Of a stretch of DNA of 64,000 nucleotides, positions 28,901 through 39,683 are shown one piece after another. Origin of the DNA: Gemmatimonadales bacterium (GTDB lineage: Bacteria > Gemmatimonadota > Gemmatimonadetes > Gemmatimonadales > GWC2-71-9); assembly GCA_037189525.1 (NCBI GenBank), contig JBBCJC010000002.1, positions 1,056,001-1,120,000 of the forward strand. Reading direction: 5' to 3'. Below the pieces are notes generated by a model. It ran no database searches and was not told the DNA's origin. It saw nothing but the letters and a program-made list of their open reading frames with translations. Each line of letters starts with the position of its first letter. The stretch's first letter is position 1. The position numbers were made by a program, and so were the translations under genes.

Positions 28901-30037
28901 ATCTCGTTCGCGCGTCAAAGTGCCCGTGCAATCGCCCGGGTCGGAACTCTGGCTGGCGCGGCGCTGATCCTGTTTGGCGCGGTATCGATACATGCGCAGG
29001 CCGTCACCGTCACCGACGTCACGGGCCGCGTCGTCACCCTACCCAAGCCGGCCACCCGCGTCCTAATCGATGACGGACGCTACTTGGTAGCGCTCGGATT
29101 GATCCATCCCGATCCGGTCAGCCTGATTGCCGCCTGGCCGCGCGACATCAACCGGATCGGCCAGCGCACCTACGACCAGTTCCGCGCCAAGTTCCCCGCG
29201 ATCGAACGGATTCCCCAGGCCTCGTCGTCATCGAGTTCGGGCGGCGGATTCTCGCTCGAGAAGGCGCTGGCGGTCAGGCCGGACGTCGCGGTGTTCATGG
29301 CCGGCACCGGCCCCTCGCCCGACGAGGTCAAACGCTTCGAGTCGGCCGGGGTGCAGGTGGTGTTCATCGACTTTTTTTCCCATCCGTTCACCAATCTGGA
29401 GCCCAGCTTCCTGATTCTGGGCAAGTTGGTCGGCCGCGAGCGTCAGGCGCAGGCATTCGTCGACTTCCGCCAGGAGCGCACCAAGCGAATTGCTGACCGG
29501 CTCGCCTCGCAGAAAGCGGCCCGGCCCAAGGTGTTCGTCGAAGTGCATGCCGGGATGTCCGAGGAGTGCTGCCACTCGCCCGGCAAGGGTAACATCGGCG
29601 ACTACATCACCTTCGTGGGCGGCCACAACATCGGCGCCGATGTGCTGCCGGGCCCGTCCGGCCGGCTCAACGTCGAGTACGTCGTCGCGCAGGATCCGGC
29701 GGTGTACATCGCAACCGGAGGGCCGCATCTGGAGCGGGCCGGCGGCTTCGTGGTTGGTCCTGGCTATACGGTCGAACGGTCGCGCGCCTCGCTCGCCAAG
29801 ATGATGGAGCGGCCGGGGATCGGCCTGCTCAAGACGGTGCGCCAGGGCGAAGTCCACGGGTTGTCGCATCAGTTGCTCAACTCGCCGCTCGATATCCTGG
29901 CCATCGAAGCGCTGGCGAAGTGGGTCCATCCGTCTTTGTTCAAAGAACTCGATCCCGCCGCAACCATGGCGGAAATCAATAGCAAGTTTTTGGCAGTCCC
30001 GCTCGAGGGCAATTACTGGGTCGATCTGCGCCGGTAG
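28886..30037 (+). CDS. Iron-siderophore ABC substrate-binding protein; start uncertain
   Basis: VTVTDVTGRVVTLPKPATRV, SLEKALAVRPDV and LAKWVHP; signal peptide. Confidence 0.85.
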   Translation: MKVNLISFARQSARAIARVGTLAGAALILFGAVSIHAQAVTVTDVTGRVVTLPKPATRVLIDDGRYLVALGLIHPDPVSLIAAWPRDINRIGQRTYDQFRAKFPAIERIPQASSSSSSGGGFSLEKALAVRPDVAVFMAGTGPSPDEVKRFESAGVQVVFIDFFSHPFTNLEPSFLILGKLVGRERQAQAFVDFRQERTKRIADRLASQKAARPKVFVEVHAGMSEECCHSPGKGNIGDYITFVGGHNIGADVLPGPSGRLNVEYVVAQDPAVYIATGGPHLERAGGFVVGPGYTVERSRASLAKMMERPGIGLLKTVRQGEVHGLSHQLLNSPLDILAIEALAKWVHPSLFKELDPAATMAEINSKFLAVPLEGNYWVDLRR

Positions 30038-30079
30038 CGGCGGCGCGTTTCCACGATAGAGAGATAGAGGAAGAATCCG

Positions 30080-31117
30080 ATGACGAGTCTCAAGAGCATT
30101 CGATACGCCGTTGCCGTGGCTGCCGTTACGACGGCCCTGGCCGCAACGGCAAGTGCGCAGGCCCCCACCATCGCCAAGTCGGCCAAGGTCGGCGCCGGCG
30201 TCTACGAGATCGTGGCGCACGACGGTCTGGTCTACGCGGCAAGCGTCGGCGCTCGCGGCGCGCCCAAGACCGAGATCACGGTGCTGGACGGGCGGACCAT
30301 GGAGGTCAAGCAGGTCTATCCGCTGACGTCTGCTCCCTACGGCCTCGGGATCAACACCAAGACCGGCACTCTCTACGCAACCGATACCCGCGCGGGTGCC
30401 GTCGTTGCCGTGGACGCGAAGTCGGGTCGTCAGCTCGCGTTGATCAAGAATCCCGCCGACACCGCGCCGGCCCATCTGCGCGAGGTGGTGGTCGACGAGG
30501 CGAACAACCGGGTCTACGTCTCTGCCTACGGGAAAGAGGGACATATCTGGGTCATCGACGGGAAGACCAACACCTTCTCGCACGCGCTGCAGAACGTCGG
30601 CAGCGGCGCGACCGGGATTGCCCTGGATCCGGAAGCCCAGATCCTCTACACGGCCAACATGGGCGGGAATGATCTCTCGGTCATCGACCTGGCCGCGCGC
30701 AAGGTGGTCCGCACCATTCCGGCCGGCGGCGAGCGCCCGACCAACGTGGCGTTCGACGGCAAGGCGCACCGGCTCTTCGTGGCCAATCAGGGCTCCGGCG
30801 ACCTCACGGTCGTCGATGCCAAGACCGGCACGCTGATCAAGGCGGTCAAGACCGGCGCCGGCGCGCTCGGGGTCACCTTCAACCCGCGCACCAATCGTGT
30901 CTTCGTGGCCAACCGCGGAGCCGGGACGGTGTCGGTGGTGGACGGCGCCTCCTATGCGGTGGTTGCGGAGCTGCCGTCAGGGAGTCATCCCAATACGATC
31001 GCCATCGACCGCACCACCGAGCAGGTCTACGTGACCAACAAGGCCAAGTCGGCCGGTCGTGGTGCTCCGCCGGTCGATGATCCGAACGGCGATACCGTGA
31101 CCCACATCAAGCCCTGA
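30080..31117 (+). CDS. YncE family beta-propeller protein, secreted
   Basis: YVTN-like repeats (VFVANRG, VYVTNK); signal peptide. Confidence 0.85.
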   Translation: MTSLKSIRYAVAVAAVTTALAATASAQAPTIAKSAKVGAGVYEIVAHDGLVYAASVGARGAPKTEITVLDGRTMEVKQVYPLTSAPYGLGINTKTGTLYATDTRAGAVVAVDAKSGRQLALIKNPADTAPAHLREVVVDEANNRVYVSAYGKEGHIWVIDGKTNTFSHALQNVGSGATGIALDPEAQILYTANMGGNDLSVIDLAARKVVRTIPAGGERPTNVAFDGKAHRLFVANQGSGDLTVVDAKTGTLIKAVKTGAGALGVTFNPRTNRVFVANRGAGTVSVVDGASYAVVAELPSGSHPNTIAIDRTTEQVYVTNKAKSAGRGAPPVDDPNGDTVTHIKP

Positions 31118-32325
31118 TGACGTCACCGGCGCCGGCCCTGTCGACGCCTGTGCTCGGCACGGGTGCTGGCCTGCCGTTCGTCCTCGCGTCCGACCGGGAA
31201 ATCCTGGTCGGACGCGGTGCCGTTGAGGCGGTAGCGATTTCGGTGCGTGATGGGCTGGTGGAGCGCGCCGGCTCGGTGTTGCGCGATGCACAGGGCGATG
31301 GGTCTCGGCATCCGGCTGTGCTGGTGGGCGCCATCCCGTTCGATTCAGCAGACCCTGCCCACCTGATTCGGCCCGAGCGACTGGAAAGTCTTCCTGGCGA
31401 CACGCCGCTCTGGTCGGCAGCCTCCCCGAACGGTGCGGAGCAAGCGCAGTTGGACCTGCGGGTCGCGGCCGATCCGCCCAGGTCCGGCTATGCTGCTGCC
31501 GTCGCGCGCGCCCTGACCCGGTTCGGCCAGGCGGACGGGTTGCGGAAGGTCGTGCTGGCCCGCAGCCTGGTCGTCGAATCCGAGCGCCCGATCGAGCCGG
31601 GTCGGATCCTGACCCGGCTTCGTCGCGATCGGAGCGCCACGACGTTCCTGGTGCCGCTTCCCGATGACGACGGCGTCCGAAGCCGGCTTCTGGTCGGCGC
31701 GTCGCCGGAACTGCTGCTGTCCAAACAGGGGCAGGTCGTGCTCTCGCATCCGCTGGCCGGTTCCGCTCGGCGCTCATCCGATCCGCTCGAGGACGCCTTG
31801 GCGGCCGCTCGGCTCGAGGCCTCCGAGAAGGATCGCCGAGAGCATGCGGCGGTGGTGGAGTGGGTGGTGGATCGGCTCCGGCCCTTCTGCCGTCAGCTCG
31901 AGATTCCGGCAGGGCCGTCCCTGGTGTCGACCGAAACGATGTGGCACCTCGGCACCCGGATCGAAGGGGTGTTGCGCGACCAGGCGATCTCTTCGCTCGA
32001 GCTGGCCGCGGCGCTCCATCCGACCCCTGCCGTCTGTGGTCAACCTCCGGAGGCCGCTGCAGCGGCCATCGCGGAACTGGAAAGCTTCGATCGCGGCTAT
32101 TTTGGGGGCGCAGTCGGCTGGTGTGACGCGACCGGCGATGGACGCTGGCTCGTCACCATCCGTTGTGCTGAAATCCGCGATACGACCGCTCGACTCTATG
32201 CCGGGGCGGGCATCGTTGCGGGTTCTGATCCCGATGCCGAAACCGCCGAGACGTCGGCCAAGTTCGCAGCGCTGCTGCGGGCGCTTGGCGTCGACGAAGA
32301 GGGGCGGGCCCTGGTTTTGGAGTAG
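31117..32325 (+). CDS. dhbC: Isochorismate synthase
   Basis: [27 protein letters not shown] and YAGAGIV. Confidence 0.92.
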   Translation: MTSPAPALSTPVLGTGAGLPFVLASDREILVGRGAVEAVAISVRDGLVERAGSVLRDAQGDGSRHPAVLVGAIPFDSADPAHLIRPERLESLPGDTPLWSAASPNGAEQAQLDLRVAADPPRSGYAAAVARALTRFGQADGLRKVVLARSLVVESERPIEPGRILTRLRRDRSATTFLVPLPDDDGVRSRLLVGASPELLLSKQGQVVLSHPLAGSARRSSDPLEDALAAARLEASEKDRREHAAVVEWVVDRLRPFCRQLEIPAGPSLVSTETMWHLGTRIEGVLRDQAISSLELAAALHPTPAVCGQPPEAAAAAIAELESFDRGYFGGAVGWCDATGDGRWLVTIRCAEIRDTTARLYAGAGIVAGSDPDAETAETSAKFAALLRALGVDEEGRALVLE

Positions 32326-33966
32326 ATGATGATTCCGGTACAGCAGGTCTGGCCCGAGGAATTTGCAACGCGGTATCGGGCCGCCGGTTACTGGCGGGGC
32401 GAAACCTTCGGTGGCATGCTGCGCGAACGGTCCCTTCGTCATCCCGACCGGATCGCCATCGTGGGCGGCGAAGCGCGTTGGACCTATCAGGAACTCGACC
32501 AGCGTGCCGATGCCGTTGCGGCCGGAGTGCGGGCGTTAGGCCTTGTGGCCGGTGATCGGGTCGTGGTGCAGCTGCCCAACATTCCGGAGTTCTTCAGCGT
32601 CGTCTTCGGCCTGTTCCGGGCCGGCGTCCTCCCGGTTTTTGCCCTTCCTGCGCACCGCAGCGCCGAGATTGCCCACTTTGTCGCCGCAGCGGAAGCCTCG
32701 GCCTATATCATCGCAGACCGGAGCGACGGGTTCGACTATCGGACTCTGGCGGCGCAGGTGCGGAGCCAGTCGCCGGCGTTGCGCCATATAATCGTTGTGG
32801 GTGAGCCGGGCGAGTTTCTCTCGCTCGACGAGGTGACCTCGCTCGCTGCGGATGTCGGTCCTGGCCCGCAGCCGTCCGATGTGGCTTTCATGCAGCTGTC
32901 CGGCGGCAGCACCGGCCTGGCCAAGCTGATTCCGCGAACCCACGACGACTATATCTACAGCTTCCGCGCCAGCGCCGAGATCTGCGAACTAGGCGCCGAG
33001 AGTGCGTACCTGGCGGTGTTGCCGGCGGCGCACAACTTTACCATGAGCTCACCCGGGAGTTTCGGCACGCTCTACGCCGGCGGCCGTGTCGTCTTGAGCC
33101 GGGGTTCGAGTCCGGATGCGGTGTTCCCCCTGATCGAGGCGGAGCGGGTGACCATCACGGCCCTGGTGCCGCCGCTGGCCTTGGTCTGGGCCGATGCCGC
33201 GCGCGCGGCCAGACACGATCTGTCGAGTCTCAAGGTGTTGCAGGTCGGTGGTGCCAAGCTGACGATGGAAGGCGCCCGCCGGATTCGAAGCGCCTTGCCG
33301 GTGCGTTTGCAGCAGGTCTTCGGGATGGCCGAAGGGCTGGTCAATTACACCCGGTACGACGATGACGAAGAGACCATCGTCGGGACGCAGGGCCGGCCGA
33401 TCAGTCCGGACGACGAGATCCGCATCGTCGATGACCACGATCAGCCGGTGCCGCTCGGCGCGCCGGGTCACCTGCTGGCGCGGGGTCCCTATACGATTCG
33501 GGCCTATCACAATGCGCCGGAGGTCAACGCCCGCGCCTTTACCGACGACGGGTTCTATCGGACCGGCGATATCGTCTCGCAGACCCCCACCGGGTATCTG
33601 GTGGTCCATGGCCGAGCCAGCGATCACATCAATCGCGGCGGCGAGAAGGTGTCGGCGGAGGAAGTCGAAGATCATCTGCTGGCGCACCCGCAGGTGCACG
33701 ACGCCGCGATCGTGTCCGTGCCTGATCCCTATCTCGGTGAGCGCGCCTGCGCGTTCGTGATTCCGCGCGGCGAAGCGCCCAAAGGCGCTGTCCTCAAGGC
33801 CTGGATCCGTTCCCGTGGCCTGGCGGCCTACAAGGTGCCGGATCAGATCGTCTTCGTCGCCGAGTTTCCGGCAACCGGGGTTGGCAAGGTGAGCCGGCGG
33901 GAATTGCGGGCGGCGATTCGCGAATATCTGGCGGCCGAACCGCAGGGCAGCGAGAAGGGCGGCTGA
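32326..33966 (+). CDS. dhbE: 2,3-dihydroxybenzoate-AMP ligase
   Basis: [31 protein letters not shown] and [15 protein letters not shown]. Confidence 0.95.
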   Translation: MMIPVQQVWPEEFATRYRAAGYWRGETFGGMLRERSLRHPDRIAIVGGEARWTYQELDQRADAVAAGVRALGLVAGDRVVVQLPNIPEFFSVVFGLFRAGVLPVFALPAHRSAEIAHFVAAAEASAYIIADRSDGFDYRTLAAQVRSQSPALRHIIVVGEPGEFLSLDEVTSLAADVGPGPQPSDVAFMQLSGGSTGLAKLIPRTHDDYIYSFRASAEICELGAESAYLAVLPAAHNFTMSSPGSFGTLYAGGRVVLSRGSSPDAVFPLIEAERVTITALVPPLALVWADAARAARHDLSSLKVLQVGGAKLTMEGARRIRSALPVRLQQVFGMAEGLVNYTRYDDDEETIVGTQGRPISPDDEIRIVDDHDQPVPLGAPGHLLARGPYTIRAYHNAPEVNARAFTDDGFYRTGDIVSQTPTGYLVVHGRASDHINRGGEKVSAEEVEDHLLAHPQVHDAAIVSVPDPYLGERACAFVIPRGEAPKGAVLKAWIRSRGLAAYKVPDQIVFVAEFPATGVGKVSRRELRAAIREYLAAEPQGSEKGG

Positions 33967-33970
33967 TCGC

Positions 33971-34642
33971 ATGGGCCTTCCTACCATTGCCGAGTATCCG
34001 CTGCCAGGCGCGGGTGAGTTCCCCGCGGCACGGGTCGCGTGGGCGCTCCGGCCGGATCGCGCGGCGCTCCTGATCCACGATCTGCAAGGCTATTTCGTGC
34101 GCGCCTTTCCGGCGGGTGTGTCTCCCATTGCGCCGATGCTGGCCAACCTGCTTGCGGTGCGGGATCGCTGCGACGCGCTCGGCGTGCCGGTGTTCTACAG
34201 TGCGCAGCCGGGGCGGCAGGATCCGAGAGACCGCGGCCTGCAATCGGACTTCTGGGGCCCGGGGATGTCGTCTGATCCGGCCGATCAGGGCATTGCCGAC
34301 GCGGTCGCGCCGCTCGAGCATCATCATCTGCTCACCAAGTGGCGCTACAGCGCGTTCCAGCGGACCAATCTGGAGACGATGCTGCGCGCGCGCAGGCGCG
34401 ATCAACTGATCGTGACCGGCGTGTATGCGCACATCGGTTGCCTGCTCACGGCGGCCGATGCTTTCATGCGGGACGTGCAGCCGTTCTTCGTCGTCGACGC
34501 GGTCGCCGATTTTTCCCGCGAGCGCCACGACATGGCGGTTCGATACGCGGCGGAGCGTTGCGCGGTACCGTTGACCACGGCCGATCTGCTCGAGGGCTGG
34601 TCCGATGCGGCGGACGCGGCAGGGACGGGGCCGGTATGGTGA
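33971..34642 (+). CDS. dhbB: Isochorismatase (EntB/DhbB N-terminal domain only)
   Basis: LLIHDLQGYF, DFWGPGM, KWRYSAF and GVYAHIGC. Confidence 0.92.
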   Translation: MGLPTIAEYPLPGAGEFPAARVAWALRPDRAALLIHDLQGYFVRAFPAGVSPIAPMLANLLAVRDRCDALGVPVFYSAQPGRQDPRDRGLQSDFWGPGMSSDPADQGIADAVAPLEHHHLLTKWRYSAFQRTNLETMLRARRRDQLIVTGVYAHIGCLLTAADAFMRDVQPFFVVDAVADFSRERHDMAVRYAAERCAVPLTTADLLEGWSDAADAAGTGPVW

Positions 34643-34893
34643 CGGGTGAGCGGCCGGGCGGGGAACTGACCCTGGAACGGCTTCGGAGCGATGTCGCCGC
34701 GGTGCTGTTCGAGTCGCCGGACGAGATCGGAGACGAGGACAACCTGGTCGACCACGGTCTCGACTCGATTCGGATCATGGCGCTGATCCAGCAATGGAAC
34801 GACGCCGGGGCGCAGGTCGATTTTGCCACGCTGGCCGAGCGTCCGGAGCTGGCGCATTGGTGGGCCGTGATCTCCGGGTCTGTGCGCGGATAG
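34636..34893 (+). CDS. Stand-alone aryl carrier protein
   Basis: NLVDHGLDSIRIM phosphopantetheine site; overlaps the isochorismatase stop codon. Confidence 0.88.
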   Translation: MVTGERPGGELTLERLRSDVAAVLFESPDEIGDEDNLVDHGLDSIRIMALIQQWNDAGAQVDFATLAERPELAHWWAVISGSVRG

Positions 34894-34900
34894 CGTGCCA

Positions 34901-37900
34901 ATGTCTCCCGCCAACGGGATGCCGGACCTCGGTCCGGTGCCTCTCACCGAAGCGCAGTCCGGTCTCTGGTATGCGCAGCGACTGGACGCCGAGAATCCCG
35001 TTTTTAATACGGCGCAGGCGGTCGAACTGATCGGCCCGCTCGACCTGGCGGCGTTTCAGCTGGCCGTCGACGGCGCGCTGGGTGAGGCCGATGCCCTGGC
35101 GGTTCGGATCGTCGAGGCGCCCGATGGCCCGGAGCAGACGGTCGACGAAAGCGCCCGTGCCGCGCTCTGTATCGTCGATCTGGCGGATGAGCCCGATCCT
35201 CCCGGGGCCGCCCGGGAGTGGATCCAGCGCGATCTGGAGCGGCCGGTCGATCTCGCGGTCGACGCCCCCGTGGCCGAGGTCCTCTTCGTGCTCGGCGCCG
35301 AGCGGCACCTCTGGTATCAGCGGATCCATCATCTCGTCATCGACGGGTACGGCACGGCGCTGCTCACCAGGCGCATCGCCGACCGTTATCGCGCCCATCT
35401 GACCGGGCACGAGGCGGGGCCGGCCCTCCGTCCCTTTGCCGATCTGCTCGAGGCCGATCGCATCTATCGGACATCCGACAAGCGTGAGGTCGACCGCCGG
35501 TTCTGGTTGTCGGAGCTGGCCGATCTGCCCGCTGTTCGTGGTTTGGCGGAGGGACCGGCGGTCACGGCGAGATACTACCGTCGCCATGTGCGGGATTGCC
35601 CGGACGGGTCTGCCGCTGCGGTACGATCCCTGGCGGAGGCCGCGCGGGTGCCTTGGCCGGATGTACTGGTCGCGCTGATTGGTGCGTACGTGCTGCGCCA
35701 CACCGACGAGCCCGAAACCACCGTCGGCGTTGCCACGATGAACCGGCTCGGCACGCCGGCCGCCGCGATTCCGGCGATGGTCATGAACATCCTTCCGCTT
35801 CGGGTAACAGTCGACGAGGAGCAGAGCGTCGCGGGATTTGCCGCGGGTGTTTCGGCGCGGCTCCGTCGCGCCCGGGTCCACGGGCGCTATCGGAGCGAGC
35901 AGTTGCGCCGGGATTTGGGGCTGTTGGGCGGCGGGCGGCGTCTGTATGGTCCGCTGATCAACATCCTGCCGTTCGATGAGACCCCGGAGTTTCCGGGAGT
36001 CGAGGCCTCGCTCGAGGTGTTGGCGACCGGGCCGGTCGATGATCTCACCATCAGCGTTCGCGCGGATGCCAACGCCGATGGACTGCGGCTCGAACTGGAC
36101 GGCAATCCGATCCTGTACACTGCCGCTGACCTGGCCGCCCACGCCGATCGCCTCGAAGCGTTCCTGGTCGCTGCGCTCAACGCAACGACGCTGGCCGAGG
36201 TGCCTACGCTGACGGCCGACGAGCGGAAACGCTGGGTCGAGGACATCAACGCGACCGCGCATCCCGTGCCGGATGTGACGCTCGCGGCGTTGATCGAACA
36301 AACCATGAAGGCTGTGCCCGAGGCGGTTGCGGTCGAGGGCGACGGCCAGGTGCTCGACTACCGTGCTCTCGACCAGCAGAGCAGTGCGGTTGCCGGACGT
36401 CTGATGGCGCTGGGCGTGCGCCGTGGCGATATCGTAGCGGTGGCAATACCGCGGTCTGTCGACCTGGTGGTGACGCTCGTGGCCATCGTCCGGATGGGTG
36501 CGGCGTATCTTCCGCTCGATCCGGACCATCCGCCCGATCGCCTGCTCCGCATCATCGGACTGGCCCGCCCGGCTGCGCTCGCCGTATCGTCGGTGCTACC
36601 GGTCGATTGGCCCGAGAGCCTGCCCGTGCTGCGGGTGGACCAGGTCGAATCGGCGGGAGAACGTTGGATCGGAGAAGCGCCTGCGCCGGACGATGCGGCG
36701 TACGTGATCTTCACCTCGGGCTCGACCGGAGAGCCCAAGGGCGTCGTGGTGGAGCATCGCGCCATCGTGAACCGGCTCGAGTGGATGCGCACTCACTACG
36801 GCGTGACCGGGAGCGACCGGTTCCTGCAGAAGACGCCCGCCACGTTCGATGTGTCGGTCTGGGAGTTTTTCCTGCCGCTGCTCGCCGGGGCAACCCTGGT
36901 GGTGGCGCCGCCGGATGCGCACAAGGACCCCGCCTGGCTGGCCCGCCTGGTCCGCATGGCCGATATCAGCACGATACACTTCGTTCCCTCGATGCTCGCC
37001 GAGTTTCTGGCGGAGCCGTCGGCGCTGGGTGTACCGCTCCAGAGAGTTTTCGTCAGCGGGGAGGCCTTGTCGGAGGCGCTCCGCGATCGTTGCCATGCGG
37101 TGCTGGAGGCGGAGCTGCACAACCTCTACGGACCGACCGAAGCCGCGGTCGACGTGAGCTGGTGGAATGCCTCGCGGGGCGACCGCTCCTCGCCCGTCCC
37201 GATCGGGTTTCCGGTCTGGAATACTCGGCTCTATGTCCTCGACCGCCGGTTGCGTCCGGTGCCGCCGGGGGTGCGAGGAGAGCTCTACCTCGGCGGGGTG
37301 CAGCTCGCGCGCGGGTATCTCGGGCGTCCGGACCTGACCGCCGAGCGTTTCGTCACCGATCCATATGGGGCGCCGGGTGATCGGCTCTATCGGACCGGCG
37401 ATGTCGCCACGCTGCGACCCGATGGTGCCATCCTCTATCTGGGCCGAGCCGACTTCCAGATCAAGATCCGGGGCCAGCGCGTCGAACTCGGCGAGATCGA
37501 GGCCGCGTTACTGGCCGAACCCGGCGTGACGCAAGCGGTGGTCATCGTGCGCGAGGATGCGCCGGGCGATCAGCGCCTGATCGGGTATCTGATCGGTGGC
37601 GGCTCGCCGATCGACGTGGTCGCCGTACGGGAGCGTCTGCAGCGGACCCTTCCGGAGCACATGGTCCCCTCGATTCTGATCGAGTTGATCCGCTGGCCGC
37701 TGACTGCGAGCGGCAAGCTCGATCGGCGCGCCCTGCCCGTGCCGGAGCGCCGCACTCTGGCGCCGCCGGAGCGTCCGCTGCGCACCGACACGGAGCAACG
37801 CCTGGCCGAATTGTTTACCCAGGTGCTCGCCGCCGGCGTCGAATCGGCCGCAGCCGATTTCTTCGATCTCGGCGGGCACTCATTGACCGGTGCGCGGCTG

Positions 37901-38857
37901 ATGCGACTGGTTCGCGAGACCTGGCCCTGCGAGATCGGCCTCGGAACCCTCTTTGCGGACCCGACGGTCGCAGGCCTTGCTGCGCAGATCGATCTGGCCG
38001 TGGCGGGCCAGACCGGCGGCGAAGGTCTGGAGCGGATCCTCTCGCTGGCCCGCTCTGCCCCCCCGGACCGGCCGCCCGTCTTCTGCATCCATCCGGCAGG
38101 TGGAATTGCCTGGTGCTACGGAGGCCTGGCCCGGGCGCTTGGTGCCGAGCGGCAGGTCTATGGGGTCCAGGCCGGCGTCCTCGATCCGGCCGCGGGTTTG
38201 CCTGATCGTCTCGACGAGATGGCGGCCGACTATGTCGACCGGATTCGGGCGCTCTCCGCCGGTGGTCCCTTCCATCTGGTCGGATGGTCGGTCGGCGGCA
38301 TCGTGGCGCAGGCCATGGCGGTGCGGCTGCAGGCGCTTGGTGAGCAGGTCGGCGTGCTGGCATTGCTCGATGCGTACCCGGCCGACCGCTGGCACGGGAT
38401 GGCGGAACCGGATGCGGCGGCGCCGCTTCGGGCGCTGCTCCTGATTGCGGGCTACGATCCGGCCGACCATCCGGACCTCGAAATGACCCGGGAGAGCGTG
38501 ATCCGCTTTCTCCGGGCCGGGGGCAGCCCGCTGGGCGGCCTGAGTGCCCGCGGTCTGAGCGGTGTCGTCCGGGCGGTGGAGAACAACAATCGCCTGGTTC
38601 GCAGCCATTGGCACCGCCGCTTCAACGGAACGGCGCTGCACTTTTTCGCGACCCTGGAGCATGGTCCGGGAGGCGCATCGCCGGCGGAGTGGGAGCCCTA
38701 TGTGAGCACCCTGGAGCGATACGACCTGCCGGTGCGCCACGCCCATATGGTCGGACCGGAGGCGGTCGGCAGGATCGTGCCGGTGCTCCGGCGAGCACTC
38801 GAACGGGCCGAATCGCTGGTTTGTGCGGAGCAGGGGAGGAGTATCGCAGATGCGTGA
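34901..38857 (+). CDS. entF: Single-module NRPS C-A-T-TE, EntF-like, probably serine-activating
   Basis: C domain HHLVIDG; A domain FTSGSTGEPKG, FDVSVWEFF, HFVPSML and NLYGPTEAAVDVS; T domain GGHSL; TE domain GWSVG. Confidence 0.9.
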   Translation: MSPANGMPDLGPVPLTEAQSGLWYAQRLDAENPVFNTAQAVELIGPLDLAAFQLAVDGALGEADALAVRIVEAPDGPEQTVDESARAALCIVDLADEPDPPGAAREWIQRDLERPVDLAVDAPVAEVLFVLGAERHLWYQRIHHLVIDGYGTALLTRRIADRYRAHLTGHEAGPALRPFADLLEADRIYRTSDKREVDRRFWLSELADLPAVRGLAEGPAVTARYYRRHVRDCPDGSAAAVRSLAEAARVPWPDVLVALIGAYVLRHTDEPETTVGVATMNRLGTPAAAIPAMVMNILPLRVTVDEEQSVAGFAAGVSARLRRARVHGRYRSEQLRRDLGLLGGGRRLYGPLINILPFDETPEFPGVEASLEVLATGPVDDLTISVRADANADGLRLELDGNPILYTAADLAAHADRLEAFLVAALNATTLAEVPTLTADERKRWVEDINATAHPVPDVTLAALIEQTMKAVPEAVAVEGDGQVLDYRALDQQSSAVAGRLMALGVRRGDIVAVAIPRSVDLVVTLVAIVRMGAAYLPLDPDHPPDRLLRIIGLARPAALAVSSVLPVDWPESLPVLRVDQVESAGERWIGEAPAPDDAAYVIFTSGSTGEPKGVVVEHRAIVNRLEWMRTHYGVTGSDRFLQKTPATFDVSVWEFFLPLLAGATLVVAPPDAHKDPAWLARLVRMADISTIHFVPSMLAEFLAEPSALGVPLQRVFVSGEALSEALRDRCHAVLEAELHNLYGPTEAAVDVSWWNASRGDRSSPVPIGFPVWNTRLYVLDRRLRPVPPGVRGELYLGGVQLARGYLGRPDLTAERFVTDPYGAPGDRLYRTGDVATLRPDGAILYLGRADFQIKIRGQRVELGEIEAALLAEPGVTQAVVIVREDAPGDQRLIGYLIGGGSPIDVVAVRERLQRTLPEHMVPSILIELIRWPLTASGKLDRRALPVPERRTLAPPERPLRTDTEQRLAELFTQVLAAGVESAAADFFDLGGHSLTGARLMRLVRETWPCEIGLGTLFADPTVAGLAAQIDLAVAGQTGGEGLERILSLARSAPPDRPPVFCIHPAGGIAWCYGGLARALGAERQVYGVQAGVLDPAAGLPDRLDEMAADYVDRIRALSAGGPFHLVGWSVGGIVAQAMAVRLQALGEQVGVLALLDAYPADRWHGMAEPDAAAPLRALLLIAGYDPADHPDLEMTRESVIRFLRAGGSPLGGLSARGLSGVVRAVENNNRLVRSHWHRRFNGTALHFFATLEHGPGGASPAEWEPYVSTLERYDLPVRHAHMVGPEAVGRIVPVLRRALERAESLVCAEQGRSIADA

Positions 38858-39632
38858 ATCCGGGATTGCCGGAAAGATTGCCCTCGTCACGGGCGCTGCG
38901 GGCGGCGTGGGCCTGGCCGTAGTGGCCGGTCTGGTCGACGAGGGAGCGCGCGTGGTGGCAATCGATCGCGACCCGGAAGCGCTTGCTGCGCTATCCGCGC
39001 GCTGGCCCGATGCGGCGTCGGTCCGAAGCGTCCAGCTCGACATTACCGATGCGGCGGCGGTTGACGCCCTGGTGGCGGAAATCGAATCCGATTGGGGACC
39101 GATCGACATCGGGATCAACGTGGCGGGCGTGCTGCACATCGCGCCGGTGGTCGACACGGATGAGACCGAGTGGGATCGGGTGTTCGACGTCAATGCGCGC
39201 GCCGTCTTCGTGGTCTCGCGCGCGCTTGCCCGCGTCATGAAGCCGAGAGCACGCGGGTGTCTCGTGACGGTCAGCTCCAACGCGGCCGGAATTCCGCGCC
39301 AGGGGATGGCGGCCTACGCCGCGTCGAAGGCAGCCGCCACCATGTTTACCCGGTGTCTGGGTCTCGAGCTCGCGTCGTACGGGATCCGCTGCAACATCGT
39401 CGCGCCTGGATCGACCCGGACGCAGATGCAGGATGCGATGTGGGCCCGCGGGACCACGTTGCAGTCGGTGCTCGACGGATCGCTCGAGAGCTATCGAACC
39501 GGGATTCCCCTCCGCAAGATCGCCGAGCCGCGCGATGTGGCGGATGCGGTGTTGTTCCTCGTCTCGGACCGCGCCGGGCATATCACCATGGCCGATCTCT
39601 ACGTCGACGGTGGCGCGACGTTGCGTGCATAA
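38850..39632 (+). CDS. dhbA: 2,3-dihydro-2,3-dihydroxybenzoate dehydrogenase
   Basis: SDR with VSSNAA, YAASK, PGST and DLYVDGGATL. Confidence 0.93.
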   Translation: MRESGIAGKIALVTGAAGGVGLAVVAGLVDEGARVVAIDRDPEALAALSARWPDAASVRSVQLDITDAAAVDALVAEIESDWGPIDIGINVAGVLHIAPVVDTDETEWDRVFDVNARAVFVVSRALARVMKPRARGCLVTVSSNAAGIPRQGMAAYAASKAAATMFTRCLGLELASYGIRCNIVAPGSTRTQMQDAMWARGTTLQSVLDGSLESYRTGIPLRKIAEPRDVADAVLFLVSDRAGHITMADLYVDGGATLRA

Positions 39633-39683
39633 AGTAAGGTGGTTCTCGTGAACACGGTGGGTTCCTGGAAGGATGGAGTCGGG

